NCBI GenBank assembly: GCA_963662465.1
Contig: OY759599.1
Coordinates: forward strand, 5,824,001-5,888,000
DNA: 64,000 nucleotides
Reading direction: 5' to 3'
Source: Desulfatiglandales bacterium
GTDB lineage: Bacteria > Desulfobacterota > DSM-4660 > Desulfatiglandales > Desulfatiglandaceae
Of this stretch, positions 49,944 to 59,874 are shown one piece after another. Position 1 is the first letter of the stretch; every line of letters begins with the position of its first letter. Made by a program: the position numbers and the translations under genes. The notes under the pieces were generated by a model. The model made no database searches. It worked only from the letters and a program-made list of their open reading frames with translations, and was not told the DNA's origin.

Positions 49944-51575
49944 ATGGAATATTCAATCAGTCCCGAAGGAGAAAGTTTCAGTCTCCCCACGGAAGAAGAA
50001 CACGTGCGGGAATTTGATAGATTAAAGACGCTGGTCCGGGAACATCGCGAAAAGGGATTTGAAATTGTCGTGGTCATGGGCCTGGGATTCGTAGGCGCCG
50101 TCATGGCGGGGGTTGTGGCGGATTCCGTTGACCCTGAAACCGGCAAACCCAACAAGTTTGTTATCGGCATGCAGCGGCCCAGCACGCGAAGTTACTGGAA
50201 AATTCCCCTCTTCAACTGTGGCGTGTCCCCCATCAAGGCGGAGGATCCGGAAGTGGCGCCCCTAATCGCACGCTGCGTCAATCAAAAAAAGACCCTCACG
50301 GCCACCTTTACCCATGACGCCCTTTCCCTTGCGGACATTCTGGTGGTGGATGTGCAATGTGATTTTTTGAAGCAGGAGCTGGGCAATCTCAAGACGGGGT
50401 TTGCCGAGATCGGCGCCTTGGAAAGCAGTTTTAAAATTATCGGGGAGAAAATATCCCCCCATTGCCTGGTTTTGATTGAAACCACCGTGCCGCCGGGAAC
50501 CACCGAATATGTGGCCTATCCGCTCATCAAAAAGGGCTTTAAGGCCCGGGGGATTGAAGTGGATCCGCTGTTGGCCCATAGCTATGAACGGGTGATGCCC
50601 GGGAAAGAGTATGTACGCTCGGTGCGGGATTTCTGGCGGGTTTGCAGCGGCATCAACCCTGAAAGCAGGGAAAAGGTGACCCGGTTTCTGTCTCACGTAC
50701 TCAATGTGAAAGATTATCCCCTGACGGTATTGGATCGGCCCATTGAGAGTGAAACCTGCAAGATCGTGGAAAACAGCTATCGGGCCACCATTCTGGCCTT
50801 TCTGAACGAATGGAGCCTTTTTTCCGAAACAAATGGGGTCGACATCGTCAAGGTCATCAACGCCATTAAAATACGCCCTACCCACAGCAATATCCTTTTC
50901 CCCGGCCCCGGTATCGGGGGGTATTGCCTTCCAAAAGACGGGGGGTTGGGCATATGGGCCTACAAGCATCTCATGGGGTTTGAAAATGAGATTTTCAAAA
51001 TTACCCCCGAGGCCATCAACATCAATGATACCCGTGCGCTGCACGCCGCCCAACTGGTGCGGGATGCCCTCAGGAACAGGGGTCGCATCGTGGCTGCGTC
51101 CCAGATCACCCTGCTGGGCGCCTCTTACCGGGAGGATGTGGGGGATACCCGGTACAGCGGCAGCGAGATTATTGTGCGGAAGCTCACGGAAATGGGGGCC
51201 GAGATAAAGGCCCACGATCCCTATGTGCGGCACTGGTGGGAATTGGAAAATCAGGATTCCTATCCGGCCGTGGGCGCCAGCTGGTCCAGGTTTTTCAGAA
51301 ACCAGGAGCATTTTTCGGATTTTAAGATGACTGAGGACCTGAGAGAGGCCGTAAAAGGCGCGGATGCCGTGATTCTGGCCGTTCGCCATCGCCCCTACCT
51401 GGAACTTGCCCCCGATGACCTGGTGGAAATGGTCGGAGGTCCCCTTGCCGTGATAGACTGCTTCGGTATTCTGGATGATCAGAAAATTAGACGGTATTTT
51501 GAACTGGGTTGCGAAGTGAAAGGGATGGGGCGGGGGCATATCAAGCGGATTAAGGATAGTGTCCTGAGGGGATAG
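49944..51575 (+). CDS. Nucleotide-sugar (UDP-glucose/GDP-mannose family) dehydrogenase
   Basis: MGLGFVG, IETTVPPGTT, ERVMPG, KIVENSYR, GIGGYCLPKD, LGASYREDVGDTR. Confidence 0.9.
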   Translation: MEYSISPEGESFSLPTEEEHVREFDRLKTLVREHREKGFEIVVVMGLGFVGAVMAGVVADSVDPETGKPNKFVIGMQRPSTRSYWKIPLFNCGVSPIKAEDPEVAPLIARCVNQKKTLTATFTHDALSLADILVVDVQCDFLKQELGNLKTGFAEIGALESSFKIIGEKISPHCLVLIETTVPPGTTEYVAYPLIKKGFKARGIEVDPLLAHSYERVMPGKEYVRSVRDFWRVCSGINPESREKVTRFLSHVLNVKDYPLTVLDRPIESETCKIVENSYRATILAFLNEWSLFSETNGVDIVKVINAIKIRPTHSNILFPGPGIGGYCLPKDGGLGIWAYKHLMGFENEIFKITPEAININDTRALHAAQLVRDALRNRGRIVAASQITLLGASYREDVGDTRYSGSEIIVRKLTEMGAEIKAHDPYVRHWWELENQDSYPAVGASWSRFFRNQEHFSDFKMTEDLREAVKGADAVILAVRHRPYLELAPDDLVEMVGGPLAVIDCFGILDDQKIRRYFELGCEVKGMGRGHIKRIKDSVLRG

Positions 51576-51576
51576 G

Positions 51577-51617
51577 GGTCGGAGGTCAGAGGTCAGAGGT
51601 CAGAGGTCGGAAGTCAC
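51577..51617. repeat. Heptamer tandem repeat (GGTCAGA)
   Basis: GGTCGGA GGTCAGA GGTCAGA GGTCAGA GGTCGGA AGTCACG. Confidence 0.85.
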
Positions 51618-51645
51618 GGTGTAAAGCGCTATTAAGGGGGTATTT

Positions 51646-52764
51646 ATGAAAAGACTGGGGTTTTTTCTTTTTTTCTGGATTTTTATGATTTGCCCTTCGT
51701 GGGCGGAGACCATCAAGATTCCTTTGGCCGCGCCATTTTCGGGTCCGCTGGCATCCTTTGGCGAAGGGATGAAAAACGGCGCATTACTGAAAGCCGAGGA
51801 AATCAACGCTAAAGGCGGCATCAACGGCATGAAAGTTGAGGTTGTTCTGGAGGACGAACTGTGCGATCCCAAAGAGGCAGCCATCGTGGCCACCAAACTG
51901 GCCGGGAATCCTGAAGTATCCGTGGTTGTGGGGCATCTTTGCAGCTCCGCATCCCTGGCCGCCCTTCCCGTTTACAAGGAAGCCGGGCTCCCGGCCATAT
52001 CGCCGGCATCCACCAATATCAGCCTCGGTAAAATGAGCCCCTATTACTTCCGCAACGTCTATAAAGACGATATCCAGGGGCTTTTCCTGGCCAAATATGT
52101 CAAGCGCATAAAGGGTTACAAGAAGGTAGCTGTCTTTTATGAAATGAATGACTATTCCATTGGGTTGATGGAGGCCTTCGTGAAACAGGCCAAAAAGAGC
52201 GGTGTCAGGATTCTGGGAAAAGAGGCCTACACCGCTGAGACCACGGACTTCAAACCCCAACTCACCAAATTCAAAATGATGAAACCGGATGCCATTTTTA
52301 TTCCCGGATACGCCCCTCAAGGGACCCTGATCATTTCCCAGGCCAAAAGCCTGGGCATCAAAAATGTGGATTTTTTGGGGGCGGATGGCTTGGACGACGA
52401 TCTCATGTTGAAAAACCCGGATGCGGAAGGTCTTTTTGTGACGACCCCGTTTATTCCCGATAAAGCCGGCCCGAAAGCCGCCGGTTTTATCAAGGCCTAC
52501 CGGGAAAAATACGGCATAGACCCCAACTGGTTTGCCGCCAACACGTACGATGCTGTTGGTATTGCGGCGGCGGCCATCGCCGCGGTGGGGCGGGACAGGG
52601 AAAAAATTCGAGCGTATCTGGCTTCCATTGACACCCGGGAAAAAGCCTATGACGGGGTGGCCGGCAAGACCTATTTTGATCAAAACGGGGATTGTCTGAA
52701 AGAGGCTTTTGTCAAGGAAATTAAGAATGGCAAATGGATCGGTGCGGAAAAACAGCTCCAATAA
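51646..52764 (+). CDS. Branched-chain amino acid ABC substrate-binding protein (LivK/LivJ type)
   Basis: Signal peptide; INAKGGING, VVGHLCSS, ISPAST, DFKPQLTK. Confidence 0.9.
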   Translation: MKRLGFFLFFWIFMICPSWAETIKIPLAAPFSGPLASFGEGMKNGALLKAEEINAKGGINGMKVEVVLEDELCDPKEAAIVATKLAGNPEVSVVVGHLCSSASLAALPVYKEAGLPAISPASTNISLGKMSPYYFRNVYKDDIQGLFLAKYVKRIKGYKKVAVFYEMNDYSIGLMEAFVKQAKKSGVRILGKEAYTAETTDFKPQLTKFKMMKPDAIFIPGYAPQGTLIISQAKSLGIKNVDFLGADGLDDDLMLKNPDAEGLFVTTPFIPDKAGPKAAGFIKAYREKYGIDPNWFAANTYDAVGIAAAAIAAVGRDREKIRAYLASIDTREKAYDGVAGKTYFDQNGDCLKEAFVKEIKNGKWIGAEKQLQ

Positions 52765-52774
52765 GGCATAACTG

Positions 52775-53689
52775 GTGGAAAGCCTTCTGGATCAATCGAG
52801 TCTTTTTTTGCAGCAGCTGGTGAACGGCATTACCCTGGGAGGCGTCTACGCGCTCATTGCCGTCGGCTATACCATGGTTTACGGGGTTATTTCGTTGATC
52901 AATTTCGCCCATGGGGAGATCTACATGCTGGGCGCCTTTCTCGCCTACACCCTGGTGGCGGTTCTGGGGATGCCCTTTTTTGCGGCATTCTTCCTCACCC
53001 TGGTGATCTGCGCCGTTCTGGGCATTGTTCTGGATTTTGTGGCCTATCGTCCTTTGCGCAAGGCCCCTCGTTTGGCCGCGTTGATTACCGCCATCGGGAT
53101 GTCCATCTTTTTGCAGAACATGGCGATGTTGATCTGGGGGAGCCAAATCAAGTCATATCCCAGGGACATGCTGCCGACATTTTTTTCCGAGGCGGCCATC
53201 ACCTTTGGAGATGTCACCTTAAGCTGGCTTCAACTGTTTATTCTGTCCATTACCCTTCTGTCCATGATCATCCTTCATCTCACAATTCATAAAACCAGAA
53301 TCGGCATGGCCATGCGCGCCATTTCACAGGACAAGACCGCATCCGCCCTCATGGGGATCGGGGTCAATCGCGTTATCAGTTTTACCTTTGCCATTGGTTC
53401 GGCCATGGGGGCTATGGCCGGGATCCTGGTGGGGCTCTATTACAATGCCATTTTTCCCACCATGGGGTATGTCGCCGGCATCAAAGCCTTTGCCGCCGCG
53501 GTCCTGGGAGGCATCGGCAGCGTTCCCGGGGCCATGCTGGGGGGCGGTGTACTGGGGATTGCCGAAGTGATGGGGGCGGGATACATTTCTTCCGAATACC
53601 GGGACGGCATCTCCTATGCCGTCATGATTGCGGTGATCCTCTTTAAACCTTCGGGCCTGATCGGCAAGCAGATGGGGGAAAAAGTGTGA
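52775..53689 (+). CDS. livH: LivH-type permease
   Basis: QQLVNGITLGGVYALIAVGYTMVYG..INFAHGEIYM; KAFAAAVLGGIGS. Confidence 0.92.
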   Translation: MESLLDQSSLFLQQLVNGITLGGVYALIAVGYTMVYGVISLINFAHGEIYMLGAFLAYTLVAVLGMPFFAAFFLTLVICAVLGIVLDFVAYRPLRKAPRLAALITAIGMSIFLQNMAMLIWGSQIKSYPRDMLPTFFSEAAITFGDVTLSWLQLFILSITLLSMIILHLTIHKTRIGMAMRAISQDKTASALMGIGVNRVISFTFAIGSAMGAMAGILVGLYYNAIFPTMGYVAGIKAFAAAVLGGIGSVPGAMLGGGVLGIAEVMGAGYISSEYRDGISYAVMIAVILFKPSGLIGKQMGEKV

Positions 53690-54702
53690 TGACCTTGCCC
53701 CGGGTTTCCAAAAATCCGCGCATTCTTTTTTTATCTGTTCTGCTGTTGGCGCTGCTCCTGCCGTGGATTCCCATGGGCGTCTCCGGCAATTATCTGTTAA
53801 AGGTGCTGACCAGCGCGGTCCTGTACATGATCCTGGCACTGGGGCTCAATATGGTTCCCGGATTCACCGGTCTTCTGGACCTGGGGTATGTGGGGTTTTA
53901 CGGCATCGGCGCTTATACGTCCGGGTTGCTGTCCATCCATTATGATCTCAGCCTGTGGGTGATTCTGCCCCTTGCGGCGGCAAACGGCGCCATTTGGGGC
54001 ATTCTCCTGGGGGCGCCCACCCTTCGCCTCACCGGAGATTATTTCGCCATCGTCACCTTCGGGTTTTCCGAACTGGTGGTCCTGCTGCTTCGAAATGAAC
54101 TCTGGTTGACCCGGGGTCCCATGGGATTGCCGGGCATTTCGCCACCCGCCATTTTCGGCCATGCGTTTACATGCGACCGGCAGTATTTCTATCTGGCGTT
54201 GTTTCTTCTGGCGGTGGTGCTGGCGGTGGTTGTGCGCCTTGAGAACTCGCGGTTGGGGCGGGCCTGGTTCGCCATTCGCGAGGATGAAATCGCGGCCCAG
54301 TGCTGCGGCGTCAGCCTTATTCGCTACAAGGTCATGGCCTTTGCGGTCAGCGCCGCCATCGGCGCCATGGGGGGCGCCTTTTATGCCAAATGGTTCCGGT
54401 TTATCCATCCGGACATGTTCAAATTCTGGGAATCCATTCTCATTTTATGCCTCATCGTATTCGGGGGCATGGGAAGCATTGCCGGCGCCCTGCTGGGGGC
54501 GCTCATCCTGATCCCCTTATCTGAAATCCTGCGGGCCGTCCTGCCCCAGGGCATGTTCAATGCCCGCTACCTCATTTACGGGTTGCTCCTGGTCATTATG
54601 ATGCGGTTGCGCCCTGAAGGCCTCATCCCATTCCAGTTGTCCCGTCGCCGCAAGGCCGAACAGGCAAGGGCGCGGCTTCCGCTCTTTCTGGGCGAGGAGT
54701 AG
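53686..54702 (+). CDS. livM: LivM-type permease
   Basis: GLLDLGYVGFYGIGAY, LRLTGDYFAIVT, GRAWFAIREDEIAA, RPEGL. Confidence 0.92.
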   Translation: MMTLPRVSKNPRILFLSVLLLALLLPWIPMGVSGNYLLKVLTSAVLYMILALGLNMVPGFTGLLDLGYVGFYGIGAYTSGLLSIHYDLSLWVILPLAAANGAIWGILLGAPTLRLTGDYFAIVTFGFSELVVLLLRNELWLTRGPMGLPGISPPAIFGHAFTCDRQYFYLALFLLAVVLAVVVRLENSRLGRAWFAIREDEIAAQCCGVSLIRYKVMAFAVSAAIGAMGGAFYAKWFRFIHPDMFKFWESILILCLIVFGGMGSIAGALLGALILIPLSEILRAVLPQGMFNARYLIYGLLLVIMMRLRPEGLIPFQLSRRRKAEQARARLPLFLGEE

Positions 54703-54710
54703 AAGGGGAT

Positions 54711-55892
54711 ATGGGCGCACTTCTCCAGGTTAAAAATCTTTCCAAATCCTTTGGGGGGTTGCAGGCGTTGAAAGACATCAGCCTGAAGGTGGAACCGGGA
54801 CAAATTGTGGGCATCATCGGTCCCAACGGCGCGGGAAAGACCAGCTTTTTTAATTGCCTGTCCGGCCTCTATCATCCCACCGGCGGACAAATGGAATTTG
54901 AGAACATTCACCTGGCGTCCCCCATTTCCCGGTCGGCGAAAAAGCGGATTCGCATTTTTGCCCTGATATTTTTAGGGATGGGCCTGCTTCGGCTGCCCCT
55001 TTTCTGGTCTTTTTTGTTGCCGGTGGCGTTCTTCAAGACGGAGGTCTTTTTGTTGGGGCTTTTGATCCTCTCTATTCGCTTTTTGCTGGTTCGAGGGGTG
55101 ATGCGCTTTGAAATCTGGGCATGGGGACTCATGTTTGTTTTTTTGTTATCCGATATGTGTTTTGCCGGCCTTTTTCTGAGTTCCGTGGACCTGTCCCATG
55201 TCTTGATTTTTACGGATGTTCCCCTTTATGATGCAGCTATGCCATGGGGAATGGCGGCGGGTCTTTTCAGCCTCTATTTCATGGGGATGTTGTGTACGAA
55301 AAATGTGCGTCTGATTTATGGCTTCCGAAGGCCTCCGGATGCGGTTTGCCGAATGGGACTGGCGAGGACCTTTCAGAACATCCGCCTTTTTTTCAATCTG
55401 AGCGTGTTGGACAATGTCAAGATCGGTTGCCATGGCCGCCTGCATTCCGGATTGGGGAAAACACTTTTTAAAACCCGGTTTCAGCAAACAGAAGAGGCAT
55501 CCGTTGAAAAAAAAGGCCTTCATTTTCTTCGGCTTGTGGGTTTGGAACCCAGGGCCTTTGATCTGGCCGATACCCTGGCTTACGGGGAACAGCGCCGATT
55601 GGAAATCGCCCGGGCACTGGCGTCCGAACCGAAATTGCTGCTTCTGGATGAACCGGCGGCGGGCATGAACCCCCGGGAATCGGCAGACCTCATTGAACTT
55701 GTCCGAAAGATTCAGAAAAACGGCATCGCGGTGCTGATGATTGAACATGACATGAAGGTCATGATGACGCTGGCGGATTACATCTATGTCTTTGATTATG
55801 GAACGTTGATTGCTGAAGGAACGCCCCATGCGGTCCGTGAAAACCCGAAAGTCATCGCCGCGTACCTCGGGGGAGGCGGCGGCCGATGTTGA
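54711..55892 (+). CDS. livG: LivG-type ABC ATPase with ~135-aa hydrophobic insertion
   Basis: GPNGAGKTS, GLARTFQNIRLF, LAYGEQRRLEIARAL, LDEPAAGMN, VIAAYLG; residues ~69-204 are transmembrane-like. Confidence 0.85.
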   Translation: MGALLQVKNLSKSFGGLQALKDISLKVEPGQIVGIIGPNGAGKTSFFNCLSGLYHPTGGQMEFENIHLASPISRSAKKRIRIFALIFLGMGLLRLPLFWSFLLPVAFFKTEVFLLGLLILSIRFLLVRGVMRFEIWAWGLMFVFLLSDMCFAGLFLSSVDLSHVLIFTDVPLYDAAMPWGMAAGLFSLYFMGMLCTKNVRLIYGFRRPPDAVCRMGLARTFQNIRLFFNLSVLDNVKIGCHGRLHSGLGKTLFKTRFQQTEEASVEKKGLHFLRLVGLEPRAFDLADTLAYGEQRRLEIARALASEPKLLLLDEPAAGMNPRESADLIELVRKIQKNGIAVLMIEHDMKVMMTLADYIYVFDYGTLIAEGTPHAVRENPKVIAAYLGGGGGRC

Positions 55893-56587
55893 GACTTCTA
55901 AGCGTCCACAGTTATTATCGAAAAATTCATGCGCTCAAAGGCATATCCCTGAGGGTCCGGGAAAAAAGCATCTGTTGCCTCATCGGGGCCAACGGGGCCG
56001 GCAAATCCACCACCCTCATGGCCATCAGCGGCATTCAGGGGATTACCGCCGGGGACATCCTGTTTGAAGGGGAGGATATTCACAAGTTGTCGCCTGAGAA
56101 GATCGTTTCCCGGGGGGTGGTGCAGGCGCCTGAAGGACGCCGCATCTTTCCGGATCTTACAGTCCGGGAAAATCTGATGTTGGGGGCCTATTTGAACCGG
56201 GATCGGAGAAAAATCGCTAAGTTAATGGAAAAGGCCTTTATCCTTTTTCCCATTCTGAAAGAGCGATCCACCCAGAGCGGCGGCACCCTTTCGGGAGGGG
56301 AGCAGCAGATGCTGGCTATGGCCCGGGCCTTGATGGCGTCCCCCAGACTGCTTTTGCTGGATGAGCCGTCGCTGGGGCTGGCCCCCCTGGTGGTAGCGCA
56401 AATCATGGACATTATTCGCCGAATACGGGAACAAGGCTTGACGGTCCTTCTCGTGGAACAGAATGCCAACGCCGCTTTGGAACTGGGAGACTACGGTTAC
56501 GTTATTGAAACGGGTCGGGTGGTTCTTGAGGGAAAAGGCGCTGAATTGCTTGAAAATCCGAGGGTTAGGGAAGCTTATTTGGGGTAG
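55886..56587 (+). CDS. livF: LivF-type ABC ATPase
   Basis: GANGAGKST, PEGRRIF, LSGGEQQMLAMARAL, LDEPSLGLAP. Confidence 0.92.
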   Translation: MLRLLSVHSYYRKIHALKGISLRVREKSICCLIGANGAGKSTTLMAISGIQGITAGDILFEGEDIHKLSPEKIVSRGVVQAPEGRRIFPDLTVRENLMLGAYLNRDRRKIAKLMEKAFILFPILKERSTQSGGTLSGGEQQMLAMARALMASPRLLLLDEPSLGLAPLVVAQIMDIIRRIREQGLTVLLVEQNANAALELGDYGYVIETGRVVLEGKGAELLENPRVREAYLG

Positions 56588-56621
56588 ATCCTAGCCAAAG
56601 ATATTTGAAATTTTTAAAAAC

Positions 56622-56697
56622 GAATATCGAATGTCGAACAAGGAATGTCCAATGATGAAGTTTTACTTCGACATTCATTATTCCTTGTTCGATATTC
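56622..56697. repeat. Imperfect long palindrome with heptamer periodicity
   Basis: TCGAACAAGGAAT (56634-56646) pairs with ATTCCTTGTTCGA (56680-56692); inner GAAGT/ACTTC. Confidence 0.7.
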
Positions 56698-56784
56698 TGC
56701 GGTTCAAAAAAATACTTTTAAATGCAACATGTTACAAATGTGAGAGATGAACTCTCAGAATGATTGAGTAAGAACCTAATATAA

Positions 56785-56848
56785 GGGCAGACGCACAGGT
56801 CTGCCCCTACGAGCAATATCGACGTTGGCCGAAACAATGATCAAGGCC
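56785..56848. repeat. REP palindrome followed by a solo right TIR of the GGCnnTG MITE
   Basis: GGGCAGACGCACAGGTCTGCCCCTAC; TGGCCGAAACAATGATCAAGGCC at 56826-56848. Confidence 0.75.
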
Positions 56849-56885
56849 GCTTATTTTAAACAATAAACTTAAGGAGAAACTTTTA

Positions 56886-57059
56886 ATGGAAGAGAAAAAA
56901 CAAAAAAACAACGAACCGCTTCCCGGTCGCATGGAAGTGTTGAGGGATTTGCCGGCGGATATCCTGAGAAGTCTTACCAAGGAAGAGGTTAAAGCGTTTG
57001 TGTTTGAAGAAATCTGGCCCGTTTCCCTGAGCGAGAAACTGGCGCAATATCTGGCCTGA
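56886..57059 (+). CDS. Small hypothetical protein (57 aa)
   Basis: Below ORF-track cutoff; AAGGAG RBS; MEEKKQKNNEPLPGRMEVLRDLPADILRSLTKEEVKAFVFEEIWPVSLSEKLAQYLA. Confidence 0.7.
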   Translation: MEEKKQKNNEPLPGRMEVLRDLPADILRSLTKEEVKAFVFEEIWPVSLSEKLAQYLA

Positions 57060-57134
57060 TAAACAAATCAGACCGAACCGTTTACGTTTTAAAAAACTGT
57101 AAACTGCGAACCGGCAACCGTAAACGGTTCCCTA

Positions 57135-57162
57135 TTGACTTTGTTTGCCGGATCATTATAGT
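57135..57162 (+). promoter_or_regulatory. Putative sigma70 promoter for folE2 operon
   Basis: TTGACT-16 bp-TATAGT. Confidence 0.55.
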
Positions 57163-57196
57163 GCAGATCTAATGAAAATATTGGAAATAAATATTT

Positions 57197-58003
57197 ATGG
57201 AAGACATTCAAAACCACAGAGACCACCGAAATATTGATATCGACCAGGTGGGCGTCAAGGGCATCAAGTACCCCATTACAGTTCTGGATAAGGACATGGG
57301 GGAACAACAGACCGTAGCGGAAATCAACATGTATGTAAACCTGCCCCGCTATTATAAGGGCACCCACATGAGCCGGTTTGTCGAGATTCTAAATGAACAC
57401 AGCCGGCGTATATCGTTGCGGAATTTCTCCGAGATTCTGGAAGAAATGAAAAAACGCCTGAACGCCGAAAGCGCCCATATGGAAATGCGTTTCCCTTATT
57501 TTATCAACAAATCGGCGCCGGTAACCGGTTCCAACGGATTGATGGAATACAAATGCGCCTTCAAAGGGGCGCTGAACAGCGGCAGCGATCTGGTCATGAT
57601 GATTCATGTGCCTATTTCAACCCTGTGTCCCTGCTCCAAGGAGATCAGTGATTTCGGAGCGCACAATCAGCGGGGCGAGGTGCGGCTTCAGGTTCGCTTC
57701 AAAAAATTCGTGTGGATTGAAGATTTGATCAAACTGGTTGAAGAATCCGCCTCATGTGAAGTTTATTCGGTTCTTAAAAGAGAAGATGAAAAATATGTCA
57801 CCGAAAAAGCCTACGAAAATCCCATGTTTGTGGAAGACATTGTTCGGGATATTGCCATGAAATTGAGTAATGACCCCAATATTACCTGGTTTGCCGTGGA
57901 ATCCGAGAATTTCGAATCCATTCATAATCATAACGCCTATGCATACATCGAAAACGGCAAGGGCCATAAGAACCATCGACAGTTAGGAGGAAGCAATGGC
58001 TGA
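57197..58003 (+). CDS. folE2: GTP cyclohydrolase I type 2
   Basis: IDQVGVKGI, KGTHMSRF, TLCPCSKEIS, GAHNQR, LKREDEK, NPMFVED, ESIHNHNAYA. Confidence 0.95.
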   Translation: MEDIQNHRDHRNIDIDQVGVKGIKYPITVLDKDMGEQQTVAEINMYVNLPRYYKGTHMSRFVEILNEHSRRISLRNFSEILEEMKKRLNAESAHMEMRFPYFINKSAPVTGSNGLMEYKCAFKGALNSGSDLVMMIHVPISTLCPCSKEISDFGAHNQRGEVRLQVRFKKFVWIEDLIKLVEESASCEVYSVLKREDEKYVTEKAYENPMFVEDIVRDIAMKLSNDPNITWFAVESENFESIHNHNAYAYIENGKGHKNHRQLGGSNG

Positions 58004-59291
58004 CGACCTGAAAAAGATGTACAAAACCGTCATGGATGATCATTTCCCAATGGAGGTTACCATTTCATTCGGGGACCAAACGCTTAGCTACCGAAAAAAA
58101 TCCTGGCGGATTCCCGATGCGAACAGCGGCGAAATAATTGAAAAAGGGCTCAGGTACGGTGAAAACCCCGGGCAGGAGGCGGCCCTTTATGAACTGGTTC
58201 GGGGGAACCTTAAACTGGGGGCGTGCCAATTCATTGACGCCGGAAACGGTTTGGTTTCCGCCATTTCGGAAGAAGATATGCTTCAGAGCGGCAAACATCC
58301 CGGGAAGATCAACCTGACCGACGTGGACAATGCCCTGAACATCATGAAATATCTGGATGTGGGGCCGGCAGCCGTCATTGTCAAGCACAACAACCCCTGC
58401 GGCGTGGCCTATGGCGCCACCCTTGTGGAGGCCTATGAAAAGGCGGATATGGCGGATCGGATTGCGGCCTTTGGCGGGTGCGCCCTCTTTAACCGGTCTG
58501 TGGACAAGGCAACGGCGGCGCGGATTTCCGAAAATTATCTGGAAGTGGTGGCAGCCCCTGATTTTGAAGCGGGCAGCGTTGAAATTTTGTCAAAGCGGAC
58601 CAACCTGCGCATTATCCGGGTTCCCCGAATGGATCGGATCAGGCAATACGCCGAAAAAAGATTCGTGGATTTCAAAAGTTTAATTGATGGGGGCTTCATT
58701 GTACAGCAATCGCCCTTGAACCGCATCAAATCCATGAAGGATCTAACCCTTGCCGCCGCAGATCATCAAGGAAAATCTTATGTCATTGAGCGAAAGCCCA
58801 CGGCGGAGGAATATGCGGATCTGCTGTTCGGATGGCAGGTGGAGCAGGGGGTAACTTCCAATTCGGTTATTTATGTCAAAGACGGGGTCACCGTGGGCAT
58901 CGGGACCGGCGAGCAGGACCGGGTGGGCGTGGCGGAGATCGGTATTTTCAAGGCCTATACCAAATATGCGGATGCCCTGTGTTTCAAGCGCCATGGCATC
59001 CCTTATCAGGATCTGGCGCTTCAGGTGGAAAAAGGCGATGCCGGCAGCGACCGCCTGCGTGACATCGATGCGGAAACAAAAGCGGCCAAAGGCGGCCTTA
59101 TGGGTGCGTCAATGGTGTCGGATGCCTTTTTTCCTTTCAGGGACGGCGTGGACGTGGCCATCAAGGAGGGTATCCGCGCCATCGTACAACCGGGCGGTTC
59201 CATGAGGGATTTTGAAGTGATAGAGGCCTGCAATGAAGCCGACCCTCAGGTTTCGATGGTATTTACCGGACAAAGAGCATTTAAACATTAG
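57996..59291 (+). CDS. PurH-family AICAR transformylase lacking the N-terminal MGS-like domain
   Basis: LRYGENPGQEAA, VKHNNPCGVA, AAFGG, SDAFFPFRDG, IVQPGGSMRD, FTGQRAFKH. Confidence 0.88.
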   Translation: MADDLKKMYKTVMDDHFPMEVTISFGDQTLSYRKKSWRIPDANSGEIIEKGLRYGENPGQEAALYELVRGNLKLGACQFIDAGNGLVSAISEEDMLQSGKHPGKINLTDVDNALNIMKYLDVGPAAVIVKHNNPCGVAYGATLVEAYEKADMADRIAAFGGCALFNRSVDKATAARISENYLEVVAAPDFEAGSVEILSKRTNLRIIRVPRMDRIRQYAEKRFVDFKSLIDGGFIVQQSPLNRIKSMKDLTLAAADHQGKSYVIERKPTAEEYADLLFGWQVEQGVTSNSVIYVKDGVTVGIGTGEQDRVGVAEIGIFKAYTKYADALCFKRHGIPYQDLALQVEKGDAGSDRLRDIDAETKAAKGGLMGASMVSDAFFPFRDGVDVAIKEGIRAIVQPGGSMRDFEVIEACNEADPQVSMVFTGQRAFKH

Positions 59292-59310
59292 AAAATGGGA
59301 GAGCAAGACC

Positions 59311-59874
59311 ATGTACAGCGCAAGCGACCTCCGAAAGGGGTTGAAAATTGAAATTGACGGTGAACCCTATGTGGTGACGGTTTTTGAGTTTTCCAAACCG
59401 GGAAAGGGCCAGTCCCTTTACAAATGCAAACTGAAAAATATGATCACCGGCGTTATTATTGATCCGACTTACCGATCCGGGGATAGCTTCAAACCGGCGG
59501 ATCTTTCGGAGAGAAAGATGCAGTATCTGTATAACCAGGACGATGAATTCTGGTTTATGGATGTGGAAAACTATGAGCAGTCCGTCCTGAAGGAAGATCA
59601 GGTGGGCGATGCCAAAAACTATCTCATTGACAATCTGGAAGTGAACGTCCTTTTTTTCGGGGATCGACCCATCGGCATTACCGTGCCCAATTTTGTGGAT
59701 CTCACCGTAACCAAGGCGGACCCCTGGGCCAAGGGAGACTCCGTGACCGGCGATACCAAACCGATTATCCTGGAAACAGGTTATGAACTGCGAGTGCCCC
59801 CGTTTGTTGAAGAGGGCGGGAAAATTACCGTTGACACGAGAACGGGGGAGTATGTCACACGGGTCAAGGAATAG
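59311..59874 (+). CDS. efp: Elongation factor P
   Basis: MYSASDLRKG, KPGKGQ tip loop, MQYLY, LETG..VP.F..VDTRTGEY. Confidence 0.96.
   Translation: MYSASDLRKGLKIEIDGEPYVVTVFEFSKPGKGQSLYKCKLKNMITGVIIDPTYRSGDSFKPADLSERKMQYLYNQDDEFWFMDVENYEQSVLKEDQVGDAKNYLIDNLEVNVLFFGDRPIGITVPNFVDLTVTKADPWAKGDSVTGDTKPIILETGYELRVPPFVEEGGKITVDTRTGEYVTRVKE

Noticed and set aside
50262..52761. Long minus-strand ORFs (425 aa and 325 aa)
   Set aside because: Antisense to the well-supported nucleotide-sugar dehydrogenase and binding-protein genes; a codon-bias effect
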